From contig JBKOZI010000003.1 of assembly GCA_046725795.1 (NCBI GenBank), positions 1 to 55,184 on the forward strand: DNA of 55,184 nt, in the 5' to 3' direction. Shown piece by piece: positions 26,589 to 34,640 of the stretch (positions are counted from its first letter, which is position 1; every line of letters begins with the position of its first letter). The translations under genes and the position numbers were made by a program. The notes below the pieces were generated by a model. The model saw only the letters and a list, made by a program, of their open reading frames with translations. It did no database searches and was not told the origin of the DNA. Source of the DNA: Actinomycetota bacterium. Its GTDB lineage: Bacteria > Actinomycetota > Thermoleophilia > Solirubrobacterales > JBBDJG01.

Positions 26589-27050
26589 ATGCAGCCTGCG
26601 GATGGACGTATCGCTAGGGTTGCGTGCGTGGACACGGAAACTCCCGGTCGCGGCCTCGACAGCAAGACCGTCCTCCCCGCGCTCGCTGTCCTGGCGCTGA
26701 TCGTGGTCCCGGTCCTGATCTGGGCAGCCACATCCGGCGGCAGCGACAACAAGCTTCGGATCGATCAGGGCGTGTCGGTCACCGGGTCGCCGGAGATCGT
26801 CGTGAACATCCCGCAGAAGCTCAACACGCCGGCCGAGGCGAACAACTCGGCGAACGTGAAGCTGATCTGTGTCGACGCGAGCGGCGGCAACGTGCTGTCA
26901 ACCGACCAGGATTGGCCCTTCATCAACGAGCCGGGATATCCGTACCCCCATATCCACCAGCCTGTCACCCCGGAGCAGCTCCAGAAGATCGCCAAGTGCC
27001 GGCTCGAAGGCACGAAGACGAAGCTCGAGGGGAGCATCAGAAGGACTTAG
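26589..27050 (+). CDS. membrane-anchored hypothetical protein
   Basis: Single N-terminal TM (VLPALAVLALIVVPVLIW) followed by a soluble domain. GC3 becomes high only after about codon 14, so GTG 26628 is an alternative start. Confidence 0.5.
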   Translation: MQPADGRIARVACVDTETPGRGLDSKTVLPALAVLALIVVPVLIWAATSGGSDNKLRIDQGVSVTGSPEIVVNIPQKLNTPAEANNSANVKLICVDASGGNVLSTDQDWPFINEPGYPYPHIHQPVTPEQLQKIAKCRLEGTKTKLEGSIRRT

Positions 27051-27079
27051 GAGGACCGGCGCTCTTGCGCCGGTCCTCC
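27050..27079. terminator. perfect 13-bp hairpin between convergent genes
   Basis: GGAGGACCGGCGC-TCTT-GCGCCGGTCCTCC followed by ACTTTGCC. Confidence 0.55.
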
Positions 27080-27106
27080 ACTTTGCCGAGGGACGGGCGC
27101 TGCCGG

Positions 27107-27769
27107 CTACGCCGCTCGACGTCTGCTCAGCAGCGCTGCTCCACCGGCCAGCAGGCCCAGCGCCCCAACGATCAGGGCGATGATCGGGAGCGTGTTCGAG
27201 TCGTCGTCCTCGCCGCTTTCGTCGGAGCTCGTCGCCGTCGGCGTCGCCGATGCCGTCTCGCCCTCGGCCGCTGTCACCTTCACCTGCGGCGCCGGCTCCT
27301 CGGCGTCCGGTGGGCCGATCCAGCGCACGACCTTGCCGTTGTCGTAGGTCTGGATCGCCTTGAACGTGAGCGTGCTGCCCGCCTTGTCGGGCATCTGCAG
27401 TGAGACCGGGAAGTCCTGGAACTGACCAGGCGCGATCTTTCCGCCGCTCCAGGTGATCTGCGACACCTGCTCGGTGAGCGTGTCGCCCTCGTCCGTCTTG
27501 ATCGGCTTCGCGAGCTTGGTCTTCTTGACCTTGACCCTCCAGCCCGGCACGGGCTCGTAGGAGGCCTCGGCGAACCCGGGCGGGAACTGGACGGACACCT
27601 TGATCGTGTTCGCATCGGGCTCCTCCGTCGGAACCCGCACGTTCTCGGCCACGAATGCCTTTGCGGCTGCTTCCTGCGGCTGCAGCGTCACGTGTGCGGC
27701 GGCCAGGGCGGGCACTGCCAGCATCACCACACACGCCCCGGTTAGCGCAGCTATGGATCTTCTCCTCAA
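27107..27769 (-). CDS. YcnI-family (DUF1775) copper-binding protein with C-terminal TM anchor
   Basis: Signal peptide ...VPALAAA|HVTLQP (the family-typical mature N-terminal His), a beta-rich domain, an acidic linker and a C-terminal TM. TTG 27769 is preceded by GAGGAGG. Confidence 0.85.
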   Translation of the reverse strand: MRRRSIAALTGACVVMLAVPALAAAHVTLQPQEAAAKAFVAENVRVPTEEPDANTIKVSVQFPPGFAEASYEPVPGWRVKVKKTKLAKPIKTDEGDTLTEQVSQITWSGGKIAPGQFQDFPVSLQMPDKAGSTLTFKAIQTYDNGKVVRWIGPPDAEEPAPQVKVTAAEGETASATPTATSSDESGEDDDSNTLPIIALIVGALGLLAGGAALLSRRRAA

Positions 27770-27827
27770 TTTTCCTCCTCGTGGTTGCGTTCTGGTTCTC
27801 AGTGAATTTCTGTCCAAGCCGCTCGTG

Positions 27828-28517
27828 TCATCCCCAGGCCTGTGACGTGCCACCCGGGCGATCCGCATGCTTCCGGCGCCTGCGGCGCACGACCTCGACG
27901 AAGCAGATGGCGGCAAGCACTACGGCCGCCAGTGCGATCAGCGCTCCCCGCGGAAGCCCGCCCGCAGACGGCACCCAGAAGAGCTCTCCCCTCACCTGAA
28001 CGCGCCGGCCACCGACATCGACCGGGACCTTCCAATCGAAGATCTTGGTGCGCTTGCCCTTGTCCGTGACCTGATTGGGCAGGCTCTTGGACATGTAGTG
28101 GATCCGGTGGTCGTGCCACTCGAACCGTCCGGTCTTGTCGACCAGGTCCCAAAGGGGCGGGGCGCCCTTCCGAGCTTCCGGCGGAGGCTCGACGTCGCCG
28201 AAGCGCTCCAGGTTCAGGTAATAGGAGGGCGACCGCTTGTTCACCTGAACCGTCCCATCTCCGAGGATCTTGATGTAGGGCTCGCCGTCGTACCCGCGCA
28301 CCTCGACGTCTCGGCCGGACTTGTTCACGAGCAGCAGGCGGTCGTCGTAGTTGAGCACCTGGACGTCCAGGCCAGGGACCGGCGGGTCCACCTTGCGGAC
28401 CGTCGAGCGATAGTTGGGGCTTCCCTTGTGTCCTTGAGCGAGGCTCGGCAACCCCAGCAGCATCACCGCCGCGGCGAGTCCTGCCAGAGACTTGAGCTTC
28501 ACGTCGCTGCGCCGCAC
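27828..28517 (-). CDS. secreted protein of unknown function with C-terminal TM anchor
   Basis: Signal peptide KLKSLAGLAAAVMLLGLPSLAQG|HKG... and C-terminal TM ALIALAAVVLAAICFV followed by RRRRRK. The start is GTG 28517 or GTG 28502. Confidence 0.7.
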   Translation of the reverse strand: MRRSDVKLKSLAGLAAAVMLLGLPSLAQGHKGSPNYRSTVRKVDPPVPGLDVQVLNYDDRLLLVNKSGRDVEVRGYDGEPYIKILGDGTVQVNKRSPSYYLNLERFGDVEPPPEARKGAPPLWDLVDKTGRFEWHDHRIHYMSKSLPNQVTDKGKRTKIFDWKVPVDVGGRRVQVRGELFWVPSAGGLPRGALIALAAVVLAAICFVEVVRRRRRKHADRPGGTSQAWG

Positions 28518-28645
28518 AAGCAGAGCCGACCCTTTCGGCCCATGCGGACCTCCTCGATTGCCGGTTTAGCCGCCGCCCGGACGCCGGGCCGCGGCAACGT
28601 CAGGTCGACGACTCGGTCAACCGAGCCGTCGACATGGAGCTCCGA

Positions 28646-29236
28646 TCAGCGCTGCGGCGGTGCTCTGCCGGCGAGGTTCCAGGCAAGGACGTCGAGACGA
28701 CGCCCCGGAATTATCGGAAGGACCGGCCATGATCGGCGTGCGGAGGCGGTCGGTCTGCGCTGCACCGTCCTGCCGGCCACAAGCTTTACGGCCTCGTAGG
28801 CGACCCGCGTGACCGCTGCGATCAGCGCGCCCACGAGGACCGAGAACAGCAGGGCGGTCCAGCCGCCGTGCCCGAACACCCCGACCAAACCAGCGGGGTG
28901 CCCCGGGGCGAAGGCCCCCTCGAACCCTTCCTGCGCCGTGTAGACGGCGGCGAGCGCGCCGCTCGAGGCAAGCCACAGGGCCCGGAATCGCGGAGGCCGC
29001 CGCGCAGGCGCGGCGCCGCGGGACGACTGGACGAGCATGGCGGTGAATCGGGCGAGCGTCGCGACGATCAGCACGGTCGCGAGCGCCTCGATCCAGGGCA
29101 TGTAGGAGTGACCCTGCTCGGCCAGAGCCTCGCCGGCGTTGCTCCCGTAGCCGGCGACGTAGCGCAACTCGTGGACGAGCACGGAGCCGGCCGCGAGCAG
29201 CGAGACGGTTCGCAGCTTGGGCCACAACCTCTCCAT
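28646..29236 (-). CDS. integral membrane protein, unknown function
   Basis: ATG 29236 (MERLWPKLRTVSLLAAGSV...) with about 4 hydrophobic segments. The upstream part of track ORF 28646..29698 is antisense to or out of frame with the ACAD gene. Confidence 0.55.
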   Translation of the reverse strand: MERLWPKLRTVSLLAAGSVLVHELRYVAGYGSNAGEALAEQGHSYMPWIEALATVLIVATLARFTAMLVQSSRGAAPARRPPRFRALWLASSGALAAVYTAQEGFEGAFAPGHPAGLVGVFGHGGWTALLFSVLVGALIAAVTRVAYEAVKLVAGRTVQRRPTASARRSWPVLPIIPGRRLDVLAWNLAGRAPPQR

Positions 29237-29256
29237 CGCGCGGATTCTAGCCCGAC

Positions 29257-30840
29257 TCAGATGAGCGCGCGCTCGACGATCCCGGGCGCATCCGCGCCGG
29301 CGGGAAGCGTGCCGAACGCGTGACCGCCGTTGCCGAGCCGTGCCGAGCAGAACGCGTCGGCGACCGCGGGCGGCCCGTGGCGGACCAGCAGGCTGGCCTC
29401 GAGCGCGACCGCGAGGTCCTCGACCAGGCGGCGCGCGCGCCACTCGACGGTCTCGTGCTCGAGCGAGCCGAGCTGCTTGCGGAGCCTCGAAAGGTGAGCG
29501 TCGAGCAGCGGATCGGCGCCCTGCGCGAGCTCGCACTCGGCGAGGAACGCAGGCATTCCCTCGGGCTCGCGGACCATGGCGCGCAGGACGTCGAGCGCGG
29601 CCACGTTGCCGGATCCCTCCCAGACGGTGCCGATCTCGATGTCGCGGAAGAACTGCGGCATGATCGATTCCTCGACGAAGCCGTTGCCGCCGAGGCACTC
29701 GAGCGCCTCGGCGGCCGCGATTGGACCCCGCTTGCTGATCCAGTACTTCATGATCGCGGTCGAGAACCGCCGGAAGAGCACCTCGCCGTCCGTGTCATAG
29801 GAGCGCGCGACCCGCATGCAGGCGGCCATCATCGCCTCCGACTCGAGCGCGATGTCCGCGAGCACGGTCTGCATCAGCGGCTGGTCGGAGAGCAGCTTGC
29901 CGAACACCGAGCGGTGGCGGGCATGGTGCACGGCCTCGGCCACCATCCGCCGCAGCATTCCGGCCACGCCCATCATCGTGTCGAGCCGCGTGTAGTTGAT
30001 CTGGGTGCTCATCGCCGCCACGCCTCGCCCCTCCTCGCCCAGGATGCGAGCGGGAAGCGACTGGAACTCGACCTCGCTCGAGGCGAGGCACCGGCCGCCC
30101 ATCTTGTCCTTGAGCCGCTGCAGCCGGAAACCGGGATGCGGGCGTTCGGCGACAAAGCACGTCAACCCGGCCGGCGCGTTCGCGAGCGTGAAGAAGAACG
30201 AGAACACCGGGTGGGTGCAGAACCACTTGTGGCCGGTCAGCTCGTACCAGCCGTCCCCCGCGTCGACCGCCTCGGTGGTGTTGGAGCGCAGGTCGGAGCC
30301 GCCCTGCTTCTCGGTCATCACCATCCCGGCCTGCGCGTAGCGGTCGTAGTCGGGCAGCGTGACGCGCGGCTCCCACTCCGCTGCGAGTGCGGCGTCCTGC
30401 CGCATCATCGGCACCGCCGCGTAGTTGATCGCGACTGGACAAGCCGGTCCCGTGTCGAGGCCGTTCAGCATCAGGAACATGGCCGCGCGAACGACGTGCG
30501 CGCCGGCTTGCGGACCCCGCCATGGAAGCGAGGGCAGCTCCCGTTCGATCGCGAGTCGCAGCATCCAGTGGAAGGAGGGGTCGTAGTCGATCGCGTCGAT
30601 GCGGTTTCCAGAGCGGTCGTGCGTCAGAAGACGCGGCACGTTGCGAAGCGCCCGGCGCGAGTGCTCGCGTGCTTCCGCCGACCCGCAGGCGGCCCCGAAG
30701 TCGCGGACCCGGTCAACGCCCCAAGCGCCCCCCTCCCGGTCGAGCGCTTCCTGCAACGCGACGTCGGCGTCGAAGGCGTTGTACGGCTCCAGCGGCCCCG
30801 GCTGGTTGTGGACCTCGTGCGTGCGGTCGACGACGGCCAT
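29257..30840 (-). CDS. acyl-CoA dehydrogenase family protein (AidB-like)
   Basis: About 527 aa with an extended N-terminal domain, then ...MTEKQGGSDLRSNTT... and ...GGNGFVEES... motifs. ATG 30840 (TTG 30843 in the track). Confidence 0.9.
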   Translation of the reverse strand: MAVVDRTHEVHNQPGPLEPYNAFDADVALQEALDREGGAWGVDRVRDFGAACGSAEAREHSRRALRNVPRLLTHDRSGNRIDAIDYDPSFHWMLRLAIERELPSLPWRGPQAGAHVVRAAMFLMLNGLDTGPACPVAINYAAVPMMRQDAALAAEWEPRVTLPDYDRYAQAGMVMTEKQGGSDLRSNTTEAVDAGDGWYELTGHKWFCTHPVFSFFFTLANAPAGLTCFVAERPHPGFRLQRLKDKMGGRCLASSEVEFQSLPARILGEEGRGVAAMSTQINYTRLDTMMGVAGMLRRMVAEAVHHARHRSVFGKLLSDQPLMQTVLADIALESEAMMAACMRVARSYDTDGEVLFRRFSTAIMKYWISKRGPIAAAEALECLGGNGFVEESIMPQFFRDIEIGTVWEGSGNVAALDVLRAMVREPEGMPAFLAECELAQGADPLLDAHLSRLRKQLGSLEHETVEWRARRLVEDLAVALEASLLVRHGPPAVADAFCSARLGNGGHAFGTLPAGADAPGIVERALI

Positions 30841-30912
30841 CAAGCGATGATGCTATCGCCGCCGGTGGGCGCCGGGCTATAGGTTCCCACCGTTTCGGCC
30901 GATGCTCATGAC

Positions 30913-32514
30913 GTGGCGGAGGTGAGGCCGACACGGATTGTCGATGCCGCCGAGAGGCAGCTGCAGAAGCAGATGGTGAAGGCGGGCATCTGGCTCACCC
31001 TCGGGGCTGGTGCCACTGGGTTGGCCTATGTCAGCGCGACCTGGGAGCAGCCCAATCGTGCGCTGATCGCGATGCTGTTCGGAGCCGGGCTCGCGGGTGC
31101 GCTGCTGATCGCGGCGCTTCCGGTCGAGCGCATTCTCGCGAGCGCAACCCTGACGGACGCGTTCTTCGTCACCTGGAGCCTGTTCGACATCGGTCTGATC
31201 GCGGTCGCGGTTGCCGCCGACGGCGGCGCGCGAAGCCCGTTCACGCTTCTCTTCTTCCTCCCGGTGGTGTTCGCCGCCGCGTTCTACCCTCTCCGGATCT
31301 TCGTGCCCGTCGGGGCGACGGATGTGCTCGCGTTCCTGCTCGTCGGCGATCTGTACGGGGACCCGAGTCTCGCCTACGTGGCATTCGTGGCCGCGAGCCT
31401 GGCGTTCGCGGCCCTGCTGTGCGCATGGCAGGCGCAGAACCACGACGACGCGCGCGAGCGCCTGATGGAGGTTTCCCGTACCGATCCCCTCACAGAGTCG
31501 CTCAACCGGCGCGGGTTCGAGGAGCGTCTTCAGGCCGAGCTCGACGACGCGCTCCGGTCCGGTCGGTCGGTCGCGCTGGTGCTGCTCGACCTCGACAACT
31601 TCAAGGCCGTGAACGACCTGCACGGGCACATCGCCGGCGACGAGCTCCTCTGCTGGGTCGTCGGAGGGATGCGACAGAGCGTGCGCGCGATGGACACGGT
31701 TGGACGCCTTGGAGGCGACGAGTTCGCGGTGCTCGCGCCCGGCCTCACTCAGTCCGGCGCCGAGGAGCTCGGAGAACGGATCCGCGGGGTTCTGTCCGAG
31801 CGGATCGCGGTGACGACCGGCATCGCCTGCTTTCCCGTGGACGGCCTTGACCCGGACGAGCTCCAGCGGCGCGCGGACAGCGATCTCTACGACCAGAAAC
31901 AGGGCCTCGCCGCGAGCTTCGGCGCGGGCCGGCGCGAGCTGAGCTGGGCCGAGACGCTCGCGCGCGCCGTTGACGCGCGCATGGCAGTCGCGTCAGAGCA
32001 CTCCGCGACGGTCGCCCACTATGCCGCCGGAATCGCCCAGCGGCTCGGATGGGGAGGCGCCGACCTTGCCTACCTGCGCGTCGCCGCGATGCTTCACGAC
32101 GTCGGGAAGGTCACATTGCCGGACCGCATCCTCAAGAAACCCGGGCCGCTCGACGACACGGAATTCGAGGAGGTCAAGTCTCACCCGGTGATCGGCGCGG
32201 AGTTCGTGAACCGCGTCGACGGGCTCTCGCTGATCGCGCTGTGGGTCAAGCACTCGCACGAGCACTTTGACGGCTCCGGCTATCCCGATGGCCTGACCGG
32301 CGATGACATCCCGCTCGCCTCCCGCATTCTCCTCGTCGCCGACGCGTTCGACGCGATGACGAGCGACCGTCCGTACCGTGCCGCGATCTCCCACGAGCAG
32401 GCTTTTTCCGAGCTGCAGAGCCAGGCCGGCCGCCAGTTCGATCCGCGGTGCGTCGCCGCCTTCGAGCAGTTCCTGTCCGGCGCCGACCAGGTCACCTCCG
32501 GGCAGGCGGCATAG
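30913..32514 (+). CDS. membrane-bound GGDEF diguanylate cyclase fused to an HD-GYP phosphodiesterase domain
   Basis: About 5 N-terminal TM segments, then RTDPLTESLNRRGF...RLGGDEFAVL, then AAMLHDVGK...HEHFDGSGYPDG...ADAFDAMTSDRPYR. Confidence 0.9.
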   Translation: MAEVRPTRIVDAAERQLQKQMVKAGIWLTLGAGATGLAYVSATWEQPNRALIAMLFGAGLAGALLIAALPVERILASATLTDAFFVTWSLFDIGLIAVAVAADGGARSPFTLLFFLPVVFAAAFYPLRIFVPVGATDVLAFLLVGDLYGDPSLAYVAFVAASLAFAALLCAWQAQNHDDARERLMEVSRTDPLTESLNRRGFEERLQAELDDALRSGRSVALVLLDLDNFKAVNDLHGHIAGDELLCWVVGGMRQSVRAMDTVGRLGGDEFAVLAPGLTQSGAEELGERIRGVLSERIAVTTGIACFPVDGLDPDELQRRADSDLYDQKQGLAASFGAGRRELSWAETLARAVDARMAVASEHSATVAHYAAGIAQRLGWGGADLAYLRVAAMLHDVGKVTLPDRILKKPGPLDDTEFEEVKSHPVIGAEFVNRVDGLSLIALWVKHSHEHFDGSGYPDGLTGDDIPLASRILLVADAFDAMTSDRPYRAAISHEQAFSELQSQAGRQFDPRCVAAFEQFLSGADQVTSGQAA

Positions 32515-32565
32515 ATGGCTGGTTCCAGAGCCCCGCATCGCGGCTGTCTGTTGTAGGGTCGCGTC

Positions 32566-32943
32566 ATGGCGGGCGCGTTCCGCGAAGCGGTGGAAGCGGG
32601 CGACGTCGCCGCAATGGCTGCGGCGCTTGATCCCGACGTCGCCTTCCGGAGCCCGGTCGTCTTCCGCCCGTACGAGGGGCGTGACGCGGTCATGCAGCTG
32701 CTCTCGCTCGTCGCTCAGGTGTTCGAGGAATTCCGCTACGTCGACGAGCTTCATGGCGAGGACAGCACCTGCCTCGTGTTCCACGCGCGTGTGGGCGACC
32801 GCGAGCTGGAGGGCATCGATTACCTGCGCCATGGCGCCGACGGCCTCGTCACCGAGCTCACGGTGATGGTCCGCCCGTACTCCGCCGCGACCGCACTGCG
32901 GGATGCGATGGGCGCGAAGCTGGAAGCACTCACGTCTGGGTGA
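32566..32943 (+). CDS. NTF2/SnoaL-like fold protein
   Basis: About 125 aa with the pattern ...DPDVAFRSPV...GRDAV...F... typical of SnoaL-like proteins. Confidence 0.75.
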   Translation: MAGAFREAVEAGDVAAMAAALDPDVAFRSPVVFRPYEGRDAVMQLLSLVAQVFEEFRYVDELHGEDSTCLVFHARVGDRELEGIDYLRHGADGLVTELTVMVRPYSAATALRDAMGAKLEALTSG

Positions 32944-32977
32944 TCCCTTCGCGGCTCGTCGGCCGTACCGTTACGGC

Positions 32978-33793
32978 ATGGGCGACGCCTACTTCACGGA
33001 CGACTCCGTAATCAGGCGTGTGTACCGGGAGCGTGCGCTTGCGCTCGCGGGGCCGCGTGCGCTCTTGATGCAGGCAGCGCATCCGCTCGCAGTCGCCGGC
33101 CTGCTCGCCCACACGGGTGCCCTGGACCGGCCCTACGAGCGGCTTGCCCGCACCGCCGAGGTGATGAGCACCGTGACGTTCGGCACGCGCGCCGAGGCCG
33201 ATCGCGCCACACGCCATGTCCGCGCGATGCACCGGCGCGTCCGAGGGCAAATCGCGCGACCGGCTGGACCGTTCCCCGCGGGGACGCCCTATCGGGCGGA
33301 CGATCCCGAGCTCTTGATGTGGATCCTGTACACGCTCGTCGACAGTGCAATCGTGGTTTACCGGCTCTACGTCGGACCGCTCGACGAAACCGACCAGGCG
33401 CGGTTCTGGACCGACTACCGGACCGTTGGAAGGCTTTTCGGACTGCGCGCCCGGGACATGCCGAAGACACTCGAGGACTTCCGCGAGTACGGGCGCGAAA
33501 TGCTCGAGGGAGACACACTCGTGGTGACTCCATGGGCGCGCAGCCGCGCCCGCGAGATCGTGCTCGAGCCGCCGCTGCCGATCTACCTGCGGCCGGTGGT
33601 GGAGGCGGTCAACTTCGTGACCGTCGCGCTCCTGCCGGCGTCGATCCGCGATCAGTACGGCTTCTTTCCGCTCCCGCCGGTGTGGCTTCGCCGCGCGCTC
33701 GTGGCCGGCGGCGCAGAGTACGTCAAGCGTGCGATCGTCCCACTGGCGCCCGACCGCCTGCGCCTCGTGCCGGGCGTGGCTCGGGCGGCCTGA
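32978..33793 (+). CDS. MpaB-family (DUF2236) oxygenase-like protein
   Basis: ...RVYRERALALAGPRALLMQAAHPLAVAG...VRAMHRRVRG...DPELLMWILYTL pattern. ATG 32978 lies within track ORF 32903..33793. Confidence 0.8.
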   Translation: MGDAYFTDDSVIRRVYRERALALAGPRALLMQAAHPLAVAGLLAHTGALDRPYERLARTAEVMSTVTFGTRAEADRATRHVRAMHRRVRGQIARPAGPFPAGTPYRADDPELLMWILYTLVDSAIVVYRLYVGPLDETDQARFWTDYRTVGRLFGLRARDMPKTLEDFREYGREMLEGDTLVVTPWARSRAREIVLEPPLPIYLRPVVEAVNFVTVALLPASIRDQYGFFPLPPVWLRRALVAGGAEYVKRAIVPLAPDRLRLVPGVARAA

Positions 33794-33801
33794 TGCGCGA
33801 C

Positions 33802-33833
33802 AGTGCCCCATCTGGTTTGCTGGATGGGGCACT
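33802..33833 (+). terminator. perfect 11-bp hairpin after the MpaB-like gene
   Basis: AGTGCCCCATC-(10 nt)-GATGGGGCACT. No U-tract. It ends 14 nt before the next ATG. Confidence 0.4.
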
Positions 33834-33847
33834 AGGCTCTCCGCCTC

Positions 33848-34624
33848 ATGCGCGCCCGCACTGCCGTGTCTTTAGCCACGCTGGCCCTGCTCGTGGGCGG
33901 CACGGGCGCGCGGTCCGAGGTGGCCCCTCCCCCCAAGGAGGCGAACCCCTGCCTCGGGCCTGATCGGGCCGAACTTCGGTGCCCCGATCTGCTGATGGGC
34001 ACGCCGGCCGACATGTACGCGCAGCGCACTGCCAAGGGCCGCGTGCTGCTGCGCGCCACCAACGACGTGAAGAGCCGCGGCAAGGGACCGGTCATGTTCC
34101 GCGGGCGGCGCACCGGCCGAGGGGAGATGAGCGCCCGGCAGCACATCTACCGGGTGGACGGCTCGCAACTGGTCTCCGACACGGGCGCCGAGCTCTACTT
34201 CAAGTACATCCCGGGGCAGGGCCACTACTGGAAGTTCGTCGACGCGGCCCGGTTCGAGCTGTGGTCGGTCGACCGGAAGGGTCATCGCGAGCGCCTCGTC
34301 CGCAAGGGCCCGAAGGTCTACTACTGCCTGCGGGACCTTCGGCGAACGCGCCCGGGAAAGCGCTCGCCGCGCTTCCGCATCTTTCCGGGGTGCAACCAGG
34401 ATCGCGGCAAGCGATCGGTCACGTTGGGGACTTCCGTCGGCTGGTCGGACATCTATCCATCCACCTACCACGAGCAGTGGATCGACGTCACCGGTTTGCG
34501 CGGGTGCTTCGCATACGTGCATCGCGCCGACCCGAAGGGCCGCATCTGGGAGTCGAATGAGGGCAACAACGACTCACAGCGTTATGTCCGCCTTCCATGG
34601 GGCCGCAGCAAGAAGTGTCCGTAG
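33848..34624 (+). CDS. secreted lysyl-oxidase-like (LOX catalytic domain) protein
   Basis: Signal peptide. CPDLLM, RVLLRATNDVKSRGKGPV, GPKVYYCLRD, and GWSDIY....EQWIDVTG...NEGNND line up with LPDLV, RVLLRFPQRVKNQG, GHKASFCLED, and CYDTY....CQWIDITD...YTNN of animal LOX. Confidence 0.65.
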   Translation: MRARTAVSLATLALLVGGTGARSEVAPPPKEANPCLGPDRAELRCPDLLMGTPADMYAQRTAKGRVLLRATNDVKSRGKGPVMFRGRRTGRGEMSARQHIYRVDGSQLVSDTGAELYFKYIPGQGHYWKFVDAARFELWSVDRKGHRERLVRKGPKVYYCLRDLRRTRPGKRSPRFRIFPGCNQDRGKRSVTLGTSVGWSDIYPSTYHEQWIDVTGLRGCFAYVHRADPKGRIWESNEGNNDSQRYVRLPWGRSKKCP

Positions 34625-34640
34625 TTACCATCCGCCTCGC

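Noticed and set aside
29320-30882. 520-aa + ORF; similar cases at 34488..35693 (-), 38813..41200 (+), 6261..7220 (-), 9587..10387 (+) and 47199..48542 (-)
   Set aside because: All lie antisense to genes with clear family motifs and have shadow-ORF composition (R/A/G/P/E-rich, no motifs).
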